A DNA stretch of 64,000 bases from Elsinoe ampelina (Eukaryota): contig ML992511.1 in assembly GCA_010093995.1 (NCBI GenBank), positions 1,144,172 to 1,208,171 on the forward strand. The letters are read 5' to 3'. The position numbers were made by a program, and so were the translations under genes. The notes beneath the pieces were generated by a model. It was given only the letters and a program-made list of their open reading frames with translations. It searched no databases and was not told the DNA's origin. Positions 1 through 13,416 of the stretch are shown here, one piece after another (within the stretch, counting starts at the first letter, position 1; the number at the start of each line of letters is the position of its first letter).

Positions 1-147
1 AAATCTACTCACACGTGTTCGATAGTCCACCACTTCGAGATCAATGCCATGGAACTCGGCCAATGCCTTTAGCTCAGGTAATCTGAAGCTCTCGTGTAGC
101 TGCACGAATCTGACAAGGTAGAGACCCTCGTCGAGTTCGGGAGACAT
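1..147 (-). CDS. TRM11: tRNA (guanine-10-N2) methyltransferase Trm11, first exon only (gene runs off the window)
   Basis: Hand translation of 147..13 gives MSPELDEGLYLVRFVQLHESFRLPELKALAEFHGIDLEVVDYRTR followed by a GTGAGT donor. The YLxRFxQxHExFRxxElxALA pattern matches fungal Trm11 N-termini. Not in the ORF track. Confidence 0.75.
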   Translation of the reverse strand, partial: MSPELDEGLYLVRFVQLHESFRLPELKALAEFHGIDLEVVDYRTRVSRF

Positions 148-747
148 GCCTGTGCCTTTCAATAACCGTGCTGCTAGGCTTCTTGGTTCGAATTTTCCGA
201 CTTGTTCGTAGCACACGCTGCCATGCCAGCAACGCTTATGTCGTATCGTTGGAAAACTTTAGTATTTTCTAATGAAGCTCAACTGTGCAGGACATACATG
301 CTGAATCGTCGAAGTCTTGTATATGATTAGAAGGGAGCAATTTTGTGGAAAGTGGTTGATGTATACAAATGCTTGGCGAAATGGGCGGCAACCACATCAT
401 AGATCCGCACGACAGGAATCAACAGCGAGAAACGGTGAAAAGACCAATACAATGACTTCATTCATCTTATCCAAACAGCGATCGACTATGCGTATACCCC
501 GTCGTAAACAAAAACGCCATCGCTCGTGCACCCACGCCCGTTCATAATCGGACTGTGTACCACCCAACTGTATCAAGAATATCTGTCTCAATTCCCTTCA
601 TCACTGCTCAACCACACTCCCCCTCTGCTCCTCCAGTCTCTCGCACAACCCCTCCCCATAACTCCCACACAACCTCCTCGTCACTCCACCCCATCTCACC
701 GTCCTCACTGTCCTCCTCCCCCTTCTGGGTCCCGGCGGCGCGCCCTC

Positions 748-3700
748 CTAAGACCCCCCGCTCATCGTCGTCGATCTACTCCCCGCCCAACTCGCGCTCC
801 CATCGCTCGGCGTGGCGGGCGTGCTCGGCTCCAGACTCAATTGACTCCTCAGCTGCATGATCCACTCATGGCCTAGCAGTTCTGCGGCCGAAGGGCGTTT
901 CGCCGGGTCGCGCTCGAAACATTTCTCAATGAAATTCAGTCCCTGTTCGGACAGCTGGTCCTGGCTGGGTAGCTGAGGCGGATTGCCCTGCGCGATGTTG
1001 TACATGATGGCCCACTCGTTATCGAGACTAGCCCATGGTCGACGACCCGTTGCCATCTCCAAGATGACGCACCCGAGAGACCAAATATCAACAGCGCCGT
1101 GGCGGGAGCCGGCATTGTTGCCACCCTTGATGACTTCGGGGGACATGTACATGGGCGTGCCGGTCATGGATTTTTGAGGTCCGCCGCGTCCGGGGTCGCC
1201 GACGAGGGTCTTGCCTTGTTTGGCAATGACCTTTGCGGCGCCGAAGTCGACGAACTTGATCACACCGTTGTGGTCCAGGAGGATATTTTCTGGCTTGATG
1301 TCTCGGTGGACAACGCTTGCTTCGTGTAGGTAGGCGAGACCTTCGAGCATTTGGAGGGCGTAGACTTGGACGACGGTTTCGTCTTCGATGCGGCCGTGTT
1401 CGAGGAGACCGGCGAGAGAGCCACCTGAGCAGTATTCCATAAAGATGTAGACCTTGTCTCGGTGGGGTTCGATACCGTAGTAGCTGACAATGTTGGGGTG
1501 ATCGAGGACTTGGAGAACACCCATCTCGTCCCGGATTTGTGAGACAATCGTCGGTATCAACTGTGGGTCTTGCAAGCGAATCTCTTTGACCGCCATGAGA
1601 TGTCCCGTGTCAAGATTGATGGCGGCGTAGACGGATCCAAAGGTGCCACCACCGACGAACTGCCCTTGTTGCCATCGTAGGACGACGTTGCCGGCCGAAG
1701 CGGACAGATACGTCAAAGCACGGTCGGCTTCGTTGCTGTCTTCCAAAACTCGACCCAACGCTTGTCGTTCTGCCTCACGCTCTTTTCGCACTTCATCTAG
1801 AGTGCGAAGTTGTTCGGCCCACTGCTCTCTAACCAAGCGGGATGACTCTTCATCGTCCTTGAGCTTGCTGACATCCATGCGGAGCTTACCCGCCATCTGT
1901 TCCAACCGCTGTTTCTCCGCTTGCGCTGCCACAGTTGATCGTGCGCCCATGATGTCGAAATGGGAGATGAGTAGAGACATGCAGCCTCCGACCTTTGTCC
2001 TGAGCTTGGCGTATTCGGACTCAGAAATGGACAAGATATTTTGCCCTCGAGTCATGACCATGGCAAATTCCAGCGCAACGACTGCCCATCGGAAAGTCTT
2101 TCGATCTGAGGCAATACAATCGTCGCAAATGAAGCTGACCCAATCTAGTGCAAGACGAGTCATTTTCAAGTTGTGAAAAGCTCGACGGTTGGGATCCATG
2201 TAGAGTACTGAACGTTGACCAAATTCCGTGGCGAAGGCGAAGCAGGTCTGAATCAGTTCCTGACACTCAAGTCCGATAGTCTGCTTCCGGACAATTTCGA
2301 CAGACTCCATGATAGTGTTGGACAGCTTGTAAGTGGTCTTCCTGATCTTGGCCAATTCCTGGTTCACTCGGGACAGATTCGCTCTCTGAGGAGTGATGAT
2401 GCTGAGATCAGAATGGATGCTGGCTGTGAAGCTCGCATTGGCAGATGCAAGACGTTGTTGTGCGCCATCTGCAATCAATCTCATGAAGCCAGTCTTGAGA
2501 TCGAGATGCGCTCCCTTGATATCTGAGCCTTCGAGCCTTGCACCGTCCCAGAAGATTGGAGCTTCCGTTCGCATGATCAGGACATAAGGATTGGAAGGAT
2601 CCTCGGGGTTGTCCTCGGCATGATAACACGTCCTGAGCAATGACTGTATCTCCTTGACACGGTTGTGTAGGGCCGGCGCGGCCACCACATAGGTGTTCGT
2701 ATCGTCGTCCTTCTCCTTCTCGGTCTCGACTAAGAAATGGCCAGACACAATGAGAGAGTCAAGCAACTCGCGCATGCCTGCAGGATCCAGGTTTATGCTA
2801 TATTCTGTCGCATTTTCGAAACGCTGGGTGAGTAGACGAGAGAAACGGAAGATCTTTCGCTGACGGACACGAACGGAATCAAGAATGTTTTTGTACCGGC
2901 GATCCATCTCTGCACCAGGAAGCTCATCAGGTCGTTTCTGAAGCTCTCTTTCGAAGTGAAGGGTCAATCGCGATAAAGACTTGGAGGTGAGGGAACTGTC
3001 AGACATTGTTAGCGGATTGGACAGTGTACATCGTGTTCAACCTACCTGAACTGTTCAGCAACCTCAACGTCGCCTCCTTCGAAATGCCGCCCTATGTCGT
3101 TGCAAAAGCCCCACTCTTGTTCCAAGATTTCAGCCTCCTTGAACGTGTTCTTGTTGGCCATGAGCTTCCAATTGAGCATCTTGAAGTAGAATTTCAAGGC
3201 ATCCAGTACAACAAGATCGAAGTTCTCGTCAATGCAGGGTGGGAGATCCCAGCCAGGTTCTGGATGAGCAATGAGAATGTAGGCATCCTTGATTCTCACT
3301 GCCAATGTGAGCAAAATCTGAAATTGCAGGATCATTTGCTCGACCATCATCGCGCTCTGCTGTGCCGGGTCTTTCATCTTCTTGGCGTAGTTTAGTCGCA
3401 TGCGAATGATTTCCTGGATAAGCCGGGAAGGAAAGTTGATCAAGGTTAGAAGCTCCTCAATGTATGGCGGCAGATGCCTGTCTGCAAATCCTTCTGCATT
3501 GCTGATGAGTGTCGATTTTGCCTTTTGAATAACCTTGTTAACGCCGTTTAGAAGATTATTGTCGCCTTGTAAAGACTTGAGACCATCCTCCTTGAGTATT
3601 CTGTCGATGAATGATGAGTCGTCAAACAACCGATTCGAGTTTTCTCCTGATGGTCGCGCTCGTGGCTTTGTGAAGTCCAGCTCTTCATTCCCAACCCACC

Positions 3701-4988
3701 CTTGCAGAATGGCAAGCTCGGTGTTGATGAGCTCGGTCGTATTGTGCCACGCAATGACAGCATCGCAGGCATCCTGGTAAGCCTGTGACGCTGCTCGAGG
3801 GTTCGCAGTCTGGAATTGTCCCCTCGTTGGATAAAGTCCTTCAATCTTCTCAATCTTCTGGACCACATCCTGCACTTGTTCGACCGCAGTTTTTCCGGCT
3901 TCTGCTTCTCCTTTGATCTCGAATGTTGTGATACCCTCGACTGCGGTCTTGACTTGTGCTCGTCCATCCTCGATCATGCGTCGCTGAGCCGCTATGGTCC
4001 TGCCGCAGACCTTTGCTCTGACTCCTATCCACACCTCGGTCTTCAACGTGCTGTCTCCTTGTTGTTCCGTTCCACCAATCAGACGCTTCTTCTCTTGCTT
4101 CACGACATCTCCAGTCAAGACACTGGCCAACATCGAATGCCACTCCAGCCGTTCTCGGTTCTCGGGTATCTTGAGCTCTTCGACAGATGGCTGCATGTCG
4201 TCATTTCCATAGTAGAGCAATGTCTCCTGGTCGTAAGGATCCTCGACGTACTCGCCCGTTTTTGGACTCTCATCGTCCGTCTCTGAGGACTCGGTGTAGT
4301 CAAGGTCGGGAGGTCGTGCATCCATGTAGTCATCATTTGGAGCATCTTGACGTATCCGCTGAACGTATGCCTTCTCTTGTGCGTGGTAGTCCTGATTTGC
4401 AATCTTCCTCGCTCTGTTTGTCGACCCTGTCCGTGTTCTCCCCCCATTCGACTGCATGGAGTACTGATGAGGTCTTCGAGGCGGATTGTATGCATTCGAG
4501 GGTTGTCTGAGGTTCGGCGGTCGTGCAGGTCTCTGCGACGGATGTAGTCCATTGGTGACCAGCTGTGGAGGCTCAAGTGTTTCTCCTCCACTGCCATTCC
4601 GCATCCTCCCAGAAGCAGACGTGTAGGTCGATGGTGCTGTCAAGGGCGTGACATTCTCGTCAATGTCGTCCCCACTCCCATCACCATATTGCACGCCCTG
4701 TCCTCCATTTATGAAGTACGCCGGGGTGGATTGCTGCACCGACTCCGTGTCAGTATAATAGTCGTCCGAGGAGCTAACAGTCTCTGAACTGTCTACAGCA
4801 ACCAGCTCCGGTCTCTTTTCTGACTCCTCCATGATGGGAGTGAAGATTTTTGGCGGCGACGGCCTCGTCGCATTTGTGAGCGGTATCGAGGACGGGGGCT
4901 GTTGTCGAGGGATTATCGAATTATCCTTGTCGACCAGAGGAGCTGGATCCGGCGCGGCGGTTGAAGACGCGGACACGGGGACGGCCAT
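748..4988 (-). CDS. SSK2: MAP kinase kinase kinase Ssk2/SskB/Wis4 (HOG pathway)
   Basis: ORFs 3042..4988 and 748..3006 join through a 50-nt GT-AG intron (3045..2996). Kinase motifs GGGTFGSVY, MAVKEI, HRDIKPEN, DFG, GTPMYMSPE, RRPWASLDNEWAIMY. Long N-terminal region with RLEWHSMLASVLTGDVV typical of Ssk2. Confidence 0.95.
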
Positions 4989-6030
4989 TGCTGCTTCTAG
5001 CTTTTGGGCCGATCACCGACCGATTTGGGGAGTCTTGCCGGGTTTGCCCTAGTCCTCCGATCTCTCCACCATCAAATCGTCTTTCAACTCGTGGTTCGGT
5101 GTGTTTGAAGAACGTCCAAACTGCCAGAAAAGTAGGAGAATAAACATGTTCATTCACGGTCAAGGTGGGTCCGTCGGCATGTCCACGCGCACACCAACCA
5201 AGCACACGCCATTGTTATCTTTCGTGCCGTGTCTCGATCGCAGCGACGTCGATGATGGAAATGTTACAAGCACAGGAGGCGTCACGCTATCGACAAACAG
5301 GCTCACAGAGGGCCTTTCCGCCCTGTTTTCCCTCTGCACAGCCAGCGCATTTGGGGAAATTCGCCTAGGTCACTAAGTCACTTGCCACACCTTCGTCTCA
5401 TGCAATCACCAAACACGGCTCGGTAATATTCTGTTCATTTCCAGAGACCTATCGGAGGTGTAAGCGACCTATACTAGCCTCATTTGCTCCAAAGTTCCTG
5501 CATGTCAACCTCCGCAAACGCCACAGGAGAGTGGTCTATGCAGATGGAATGTGGCTGCCTTTTTTCATGCTTGAAACGCGCATCTCCTCGACCTTTGATG
5601 CGATAAAGGGGCTCACAACTCTGGTGGGACCTGAAGACAGATCCATCAGCCGTGCCACATGCTCTGTCAGTAGCAGGTCTGGTCGTAAAGGCCATGTGAA
5701 TGGGATCAAATATTAATCGCAGACCAAAGGGCCAAAACATGGTAGTATTTTCGGGGCGATACTGCTGGTGATCATGGTTGCAGAGCCGCATGAAGCTTGG
5801 GCCATCCGCTCTCCGGTCCATCACAAAGCTCTTCTTTGCTTCAACTTGTTTCCTCCAACAACAACAACAATTTTGGTATGTGCTATCCTTCACGCCACGC
5901 TTCGCAGAGCGCATCACTGACATCTACACGTAGCTCTCTGCGCGGCTGCTTGCTGCGCTACTCGTGTGCCGTGTCTGTTGCGTTTTCGCACATCAAATTT
6001 CTGACCTTGTCTCTCAGGTGATACTATACC

Positions 6031-7386
6031 ATGGCGGGTGCAAAACCTTTGCCAAAGTCCGTTGAGGACTTCAAGGACGACGAGCGCGTCTCCTTCGACA
6101 CCTCCAAGGGGGTGTACATACTCGAGTCAGAAGCTGGCAAAGAGTATGAGTGGAATGACAAGTACTCCCATTGGGTGGAGCAGGTGAGCTTTCCTTGCAA
6201 CCTCTCATACTCGAGTGAAGACATCGCAAAAATTGTGAAGACCATGGGACAGCTCTAACTGCGCCCTTGCTTTAGATGGATGAAGAACTCGTCAAGGCAC
6301 AGCAATCAGCCTACCATACCGGTGTCACAGAAGATCAAGAAGAGACTCCACTGGAGCAATCCAAGAAGCGCAAAGCAGACGTCAAGGTGATCGAGTCCTA
6401 ACAAACATGCTGGACTTCACCTAACCCAACCGACCTAGTCCGCGTCTCAGAACAAAAAGGCAAAGAAGGAACCTGTCGAGCGCATGAACAGCAGCGTCTA
6501 TGTCACAGGTTTGCCTCTCGATGTCACCTTTGATGAGATCTTGCAGGCTTTTGAGAAGAAGGGTGGACTTATTGCCAAGAACATTGACAGCGAACAACCG
6601 AAGATTAAGATGTACGCCAATGACGACGGATCTTTCAAGGGTGAAGCATTGATCAGTATGCCATCTGCCAGACTACCAAATGCCAATCCTGACGAGCCCA
6701 GCTTTCTTCCGCCCCGAATCAGTCTCAATGGCGATCAATCTCCTTGATGGCACTGATCTCAGGACCTACATGTCCGGTGACATGCGCGTCCAGGAAGCCG
6801 ACATGTCTTTCAAGAAGAGCAAGGAGTATCAGCATAACCCGGAGAGAAAGGGCCGTTCTGGCAAAGATATCGCCAAGATCAAGCGTATCACCGAAGGCAT
6901 GAACGCCCGCCTGGCCGACTGGGACGATGACGAACCGCAAACTCTTGAGCTCGAGGTCAAGCCAGCCAGCAAATGGGACAAGACCGTGATCGTTAAGCAC
7001 ATGTTTGATATCAAGGAGATGGAGGCAAGTCACTTGTTATACATATTGCTTGGGCCACTCGTTAATTCGTCCAGGAGGATGAAATGGCCATCAGCGATCT
7101 CGAAGAAGATATCCGCGAGCAGGCCAAGAACGAGGAATGGGGCGACATTCAACACATCGAGATTTACGACCTGGAGCCCGACGGAGTCGTTCGAATCAAG
7201 TTCCGTGACGCGACCGCCGCGCAGAAAGCCGTCATGAACATGCACGGTCGTTTCTTCGACGGAAAGCAGCTTGAAGCCTACATTCCAAGCAAGAAGGAGG
7301 TCTACAAGAAAAAGCACCGTGACGAAGAGGAAGAAGAGAAGCGTCTGCAGAGGTATGGAGAAGAGCTGGCAAAGGGAGAGGCATGA
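6031..7386 (+). CDS. CUS2: U2 snRNP-associated two-RRM splicing factor (Cus2/Uap2/Tat-SF1 family), multi-exon
   Basis: Exonic fragments NSSVYVTGLPLDVTFDEI, KIKMYANDDGSFKGEALI, FFRPESVSMAINLLDG, RLADWDDD, TVIVKHMF, MHGRFFDGKQLEA. Several short GT-AG introns. Confidence 0.88.
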
Positions 7387-7615
7387 AAGAGCATGCCACT
7401 TGGAGCAAAGCAGACACAGTTCTCGAGGAGTCTGATGAGCGACATCACCGTCACAGCATGGCGGTACGAGTGTACATTGGCTAGGAGTTTCAGAGCATAG
7501 CATTGATGATGCGAAGAGATACCATAGCCACAGAGAATTCAAAAGGACAATTCCGTTCCAAACCACGACTCCATCGCCCTCCCCTCAACTCTCCAAGGAC
7601 AATAACTTTTACCAT

Positions 7616-9453
7616 CTACGCATTCCACCCCTCCACCAATCCCTTGAGGAACACCGCGCCCGCCCATGCACCGGGATCCATCGGCGTCCCCTTCCCCCTC
7701 TCCTCACCAACATAACTACTCCTCCCAAACTTCCCCACCATCCCCTCCGTCCTCCTCGCCCCTTCCTCCGCAGCCTTGACCGCCTCCGCCGCGCTCCCAG
7801 TCTCACTAAACCTGGCTGCGAACGGAATCAACGCATCCATCACAGTCCTACCCCCCTCTCTCGCCATCGTGTACCCCTTCAAATTCTCCAACGCCTGCTC
7901 CGCCGCCCTACTTATATCCTTTTCCCCCAACACCGTCTCAGTCCCTGCCGACGCAAAGGCTCTCCGTAGCGAGGACGTAAACCCCGCCGCATAAATCGCC
8001 AATATCGCCCCCAACGTACCGCCCACGTCCTCCACGGCGTCGGAAATGGCGTCCAGCACAGGGAACAAAGGGATCGTTTCGCCTGCTTCTTTCGGGGTGC
8101 AGATGCCTCTGTCGAGGAGGGACAGGATGGAGTGGCAGATTGCGTTGGTCGACTCCCCGCAGTCGCCGTCGCCGACGATCGTGTCCCATTTCGTAATGTC
8201 GGGTTCGGCGGCGATGGTGGCGTTGCTTGCGGCGCGGAGGGCGGAGGCGAGTGGCGAGGCGGGGACGGAAGGGCCGGGACCGCCGAGGGAGGAGGACGTG
8301 GTGGGGGGCTTGTCGGTTGTGGAGGCGGAAGGGGAGGTGTTCTTGTAGCCATTGCGGGGCCAGGCCGGGGCGGTGGTCTCGGCGTCGAGGAAGGAGAGGA
8401 GGGTGCTGACGGGGAGGGAGGTGGAGGCGCTGAGACCGGTGAGGTTGAGGAGGGAGATGGACCACCCCGGGGCGTTGAGGGAGGTTTCGAAGGTGGAGAC
8501 GTAGAGGCGGGTTGGGCGGATGGACCATTCTTTGGAGAGGGTGCGAATGGTGATGGTGCTGAGGGCTTCGAGTTCGAAGATGGACATGCCGCCGAGGTTG
8601 TTGATGAGGAGGACGCATTCGTCGTTGGGGTTGTATTTGACGTAGGCACGGTCGGTGTCGTTGGAATCTAGGAGGTATTTGAGGAGGGAGGAGACGAGCT
8701 CTTCTGGTGGTGGGATGGGGCTGAGCTCTTTCAGACCAGGCTCGTTGTGGATCCCTTGGGCTACAGAGTATGTGTCCGGCGGTAGTTGTTGATGATGTGG
8801 GCGACCAGGAAGATGGCAATAGTCGAGAGAGGAGCCAATAGTTCCACAATTGTCGTTGATCGAATTGCCGATCTTCATACATTGGTCAAGAGAATAGTTC
8901 TCAGCCGCAGCTTGTCCAACGATTTTCAGGATGAACAGATTACCTGCTAGCCCTCTGCGTCCAGTATTCTCGGTCTGCTTGCGACCCAAGCCTGTATCTT
9001 CAGCAAGACGAAGCATGCCAACCGTGTGACCGAGACCGACAGCTTTCTCCTTTGCTAGACCAAAATGAAGATTGTCGCCCGTGTAGTTGGTGATACAAAG
9101 GATGACTGCAACATCTGAAGGCACACGCTCAATGGCAGCAGAAATCTGCTTTGCGGATGGAGAAGCAAAGATCTCGCCACTGACTGAAGCAGCAAGCATG
9201 CCTTCGCCGACATATCCACTCCAACATGGTTCGTGTCTGTTGATCAGATCAGTCGACTGCTGGCGAGACTCATACATGAGACTTACCCTGCGCCTCCACC
9301 AGATATCAGAACAACTTTTGATCGATCATAACTTTTATTGTACACGACTTTGTTGGTAGAATCGAGACCGAGATGTGGGTTTCGGTAAACGACAGATTCC
9401 AGTCCAATCGAGACGACGCCAGGAGTATCCGAGAAGAAGTGCTTTGAAGACAT
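7616..9453 (-). CDS. DAK1: Dihydroxyacetone kinase (Dak1+Dak2 domains)
   Basis: Start MSSKHFFSDTPG at 9453, intron near 9286..9237. Motifs HEPCWSGYVG, GEIFASPS, NYTGD, GRRGLAG, GIHNEPG, GDGDCG, RTVMDAL, GRSSYV, DPGA. Confidence 0.93.
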
Positions 9454-9756
9454 ATTGGGCTCGCTAGTGACGGATATTCAGGCAAGAAGAACGAATAGTC
9501 TGGTCTAGGACTTGCAGGTGAGGGTATGATGTAGTAGGCGAATGGATGCCCCGCATCCGGATTACCGTTTCAGGCAATGCCGGCTCCGGAGTGGTGCGGG
9601 GTGACCAGCCCGCCGTGCCCGCATCCTACCAGACACGCAGAGAAGTAATTTGGTGTCCTCGATGGATTTCCGGCTGATGTGTCTGTCGCTGGAAGTGTCT
9701 CCAGTCCTATTACTACCAGGTTCGTCGGCTCTGGGGGTTCAAGTGACCCGTATCGC

Positions 9757-10509
9757 CTAATCTGCCTCAAGCGTGGCTGCTGCTTTCCGGACTCTAAAAC
9801 TTAGAGAGTGATGATTCTGGCTGTCCAAGAAGTGGATAAAGCGTTGATTGGGATTGCTGAATCGTGACCAGAGAGGTCCCGAACCCGAGCTAGAAATAGA
9901 CACTTCTGATATGTCTATGCTTTGCAAGGCCCCGGTATGGATCTCAGTATGCTTCGGCAATCTTGAGAGACCTTCAAATATTTGAGCTTTCTGCTCCGGG
10001 GCGCTCTTCGTACTGCCATCATGGAAGGAAATGAGGACAGTCTTGAGATGCCCGGCTGATGAAAGGGTTTGACAAATCTTGTCCAACCTAGCTGCGAGCT
10101 CCATACAATACATACCAACAGTCAGGCCTGGATATTCTAGCAAGAGTGCCCTGTTTATGGTGACAACCAGATGGATCTTGCGAAGATGCTGTACGAAGGG
10201 CCATGACACAAGCCCGTTAAGATCCGGATCCGCTCGGAAGAAGTTGAAAGCATACTGTATATTCACACACCAGAGAGAGTTCTCAATGAAGTACGAAAAG
10301 ACGTCAGCGGAAAGACTCTTGCTGACAGTGAGAACGACAGTCGAAGGTGGCTTGAGAGATACAGAGGCAATATCGGCACCCGCCACCGGAGAACTGATTG
10401 TCTCGCGACTGATCAAATAGCTATAGATCTGATGTCGAATCTCCAGAGGCAGTCTGAATAAGCCACAAGGGTCAGAAACCTCGAATGTTGGTAGAAGAGG
10501 TGTAAGCAT
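9757..10509 (-). CDS. Hypothetical protein with N-terminal F-box-like motif
   Basis: Open frame from ATG 10509 (MLTPLLPTF). LFRLPLEIRHQIYSYL resembles the fungal F-box-like LP.EIR..IY motif. Confidence 0.6.
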   Translation of the reverse strand: MLTPLLPTFEVSDPCGLFRLPLEIRHQIYSYLISRETISSPVAGADIASVSLKPPSTVVLTVSKSLSADVFSYFIENSLWCVNIQYAFNFFRADPDLNGLVSWPFVQHLRKIHLVVTINRALLLEYPGLTVGMYCMELAARLDKICQTLSSAGHLKTVLISFHDGSTKSAPEQKAQIFEGLSRLPKHTEIHTGALQSIDISEVSISSSGSGPLWSRFSNPNQRFIHFLDSQNHHSLSFRVRKAAATLEAD

Positions 10510-10882
10510 GGTCGATATGTTAGGAGACGTGGCGAGAAGACGAGGTGCGGGAGGCAAATGGCTACATCACCTCCGAAGTCCGGACGACTGGTGGCAGGCT
10601 TTTTCTGAGCATCTTTAGGTCATGGTCTCTTGAGAATACTTTGGCATAACAAGGCCATGGTCACTGTTGACATTTGATTGGGGACATTGCTGCAAGGCAC
10701 AAAGTATTGCATGTTGTCATTGCCATCTCATCAGCTGCTGAAGAGAGTGGAACGGCAAGGCGGGCCGAAATTGACACGCGTGGAGACGCGACAAAAGATC
10801 GATTCATCCACCATTTCCGGTCGCCCACTGGATTCCTACATTTGCTCCCCGATCATGATTGCTACCAAATTACGACCAGGCT

Positions 10883-13416
10883 ATGAACGATCTTGATCCT
10901 AGGCTCCATGAACCCAGAAAGAATGGCACTTTCGCTCGCCCCGCTGCCGCTCGTGGGCAGAAAAGGAAGCATGTTGAAGAGACGGAGCCGGAGCTGGATA
11001 GACGACCCATCCACATTACTGGAGGAAGTGCAGAGAGCCCAGAGACAATCGTTCTGCGGCCTATCAGGCTTATAGCACGAGCACAACTGCCGTTGTCATT
11101 CCTCTACCCCGGCAAGCTTGAGAATAAGCGATTCCGATCGGCAATATCATGTCTCGAAGGACGCGAGAATGCACAGCAGACGCCGCTGGTGCTACTCGTC
11201 GAAGATGACAAAAGACGATTGCATGCAGTGGAGCGAGTGCAAGAGAAGGTCTACGCGATCTGCCGGCTGGCCGAGCATATCAAGTCTTCAGATTTCCCTG
11301 GCAAGCCTATCGAGACGGGGAATTATAAGAAAACAAAGATGTCGACGCAAGACGGCCAGCCATGGTGGGCAAGCGCTGCAATCGAAATGCCAGTCCCGCT
11401 CCCGAATGTAACTCGCAAGGTGCCAAAACTTGACATACTGGTAGCGGCGAAGCAACCACTATCGACGAATTTGCCGGCTCTTTTAGACGAGACAAGTGCA
11501 AAGATCCCTGGAAACAAGACCGGCAAGGTGACGGGAATGAGTGATGAAGAGATCGACTCCGTCCAGGCGACCATTGCATTTGTCCAACACTATCTCGAGA
11601 TGCTGTACAAGTCAAAGATCTCGGTAGCGTACTTTGCCAAAGCTCACATACCGCGACTCCGAAACTCGATGCAAATTGAAAGCCGAGCTGGAAAAGTGGG
11701 AATGATAGAATTCCTGCAAGCGCTTATCCTCTCACCATCAACGTTTGACAAGAAGCACAAGTCATTGTGGCTGGAAAAGACAAAAGACATACTACCTCGG
11801 ACGATTTTGAAGTCACCAGAGAGTCAGGATAAGCCTGTTAAGAAGGCTAGCAAAAAAAAGGTCAAGGTCAAGCCCAACAAAGCGGGATGCTTACCGGACG
11901 AAGAAGAGCATTTCACTCACTGGTGGCTCAACGGAGAGGATACGCCAGCATCGAATGAGACGATTGAAGGTCGTTACAAGAGAAGGTCCCTCGGGTTACG
12001 TACTCGTGAAGCATTCCTCCAGCTCATAATCATGCTGGAAGTCTGCAGCCTGCAAAAGACACAGACAGCTGGCGAGCAGGGAGTGGAGATCGGAGAAGAG
12101 GCCCAACCTGCTAAACCAAAGGCCAAGGACAATACAGTTACTCTGGAGCTCTTATTAGACAAGCTCTGCATCTGGCACTCTGTCGACAGCACAATGTCAT
12201 CTGCATCAGACGAGAAGGATGCAACTGCGAAGAAGGCACCAGATCAGCTGCGCAACTTTTGCATCGAAGTGATAGTTCCCTTTTACATGTCGAAAGCGCC
12301 GGACGTCGCATTGAGTGTCAACAAGAAGCTTGGTGGACCTAGTGCATCATCAACAAAACGCAGGGGGACCTCTTCTTCCGAGACGACAAAGGCGTCGGGC
12401 AAGTCCAAACGAGAACCTCTGCAGCGGGTCCCGAGCGAGAAGATTTCTTCGAAGCGACAAATGACGCCGTCCCTGATCAGATCTGCAACAGACTCACAAT
12501 TGGTACCTGGTATTAAGCGAGAGCCGGGTGAGCTGTCTTTGGATTCTATTCCATTGAAGGCTGATCTCAGAGGTGAGCCAAGGCGATCCAGCACTCTCGA
12601 CAAGATGAAGTTGCGCCAGAGAGAAGTGGACTTTGATGCCATGTCTCAAGCGCAGGAATCAAGACGAAAGAAGCAGGTCGAGGTGGAGAATAAGCTGAAG
12701 GAAGCCATCAGTGCACTGAAGAAGCCAAATCGGGTACTCGCTGGGAAGGAGCTGGCAGATGTGGCAGAGCAGAGAGAACTCATGGCGCAAGCGAGAGAGA
12801 AAGGTGAGTCTACCATTGTTGAGATGCAGATCAGTACTGATCATGTACAGCTTCAAAAGCACAACGTGCACGCCAACGACAGCAGATCCAGGTCAATGCT
12901 ACTCCCAAGCACAGCCGCATTCGGCCTGACTTGATCACCACCACACCTCCTGCAAAGCATACGACGACTGACACCAGGCACCCACATTCATCCTCGACGA
13001 TTTCAAGAATTGCTTCTTCGGGCATACGACCTCACGCTCATGATTTTGACGAAAACGGCATCCTTGAGACAGGACATAGGCCGCGTCATCTGACGGTGGA
13101 GGCAACACCGCTGACGGGCATATCGAAATTTGTGATACCGGCATTACCGCAGTCGGCCATGAAGCAGCCACTCTTCACTTGCGCAGATGTAGGCAGTGGT
13201 CAGATCTTAGAGACTCCTGTCAAGATGCGCGATGATGTCGAGGCATTGGGAAAAGGAAATGGAGGCGGTGGAGTGTCTCTGGGATCGACCTTGGTCACAC
13301 CCAGCAAAAATACCCTGCAGCATCCGGACGATCCGGCATCGAGAGCCATGGTTGACGAGACGCCCAAGCGTGATGAGGATATTGACATCTACGCCGCTCT
13401 TGGGTGGGATGATTGA
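10883..13416 (+). CDS. SLD3: DNA replication initiation factor Sld3-like
   Basis: Long ORF with QHYLEMLYKSKISVAYFAK, LRTREAFLQLIIMLE, LLDKLCIW and DQLRNFCIEVIVPFY, as in fungal Sld3. Intron near 12804..12850. C-terminus rich in S/T-P sites, ending IYAALGWDD. Start codon is a best guess. Confidence 0.78.

Noticed and set aside
526..876. Pro-rich plus-strand ORFs
   Set aside because: Antisense to the SSK2 3' end and UTR in a C-rich tract, non-ATG starts, no recognisable motifs.
7912..8882. Long Pro/Ser-rich, Arg/His-rich and Gly-rich ORFs overlapping DAK (and similar ones over the amidase)
   Set aside because: Shadow frames caused by extreme C/G skew and few stop codons. The DAK and amidase frames carry the conserved motifs.
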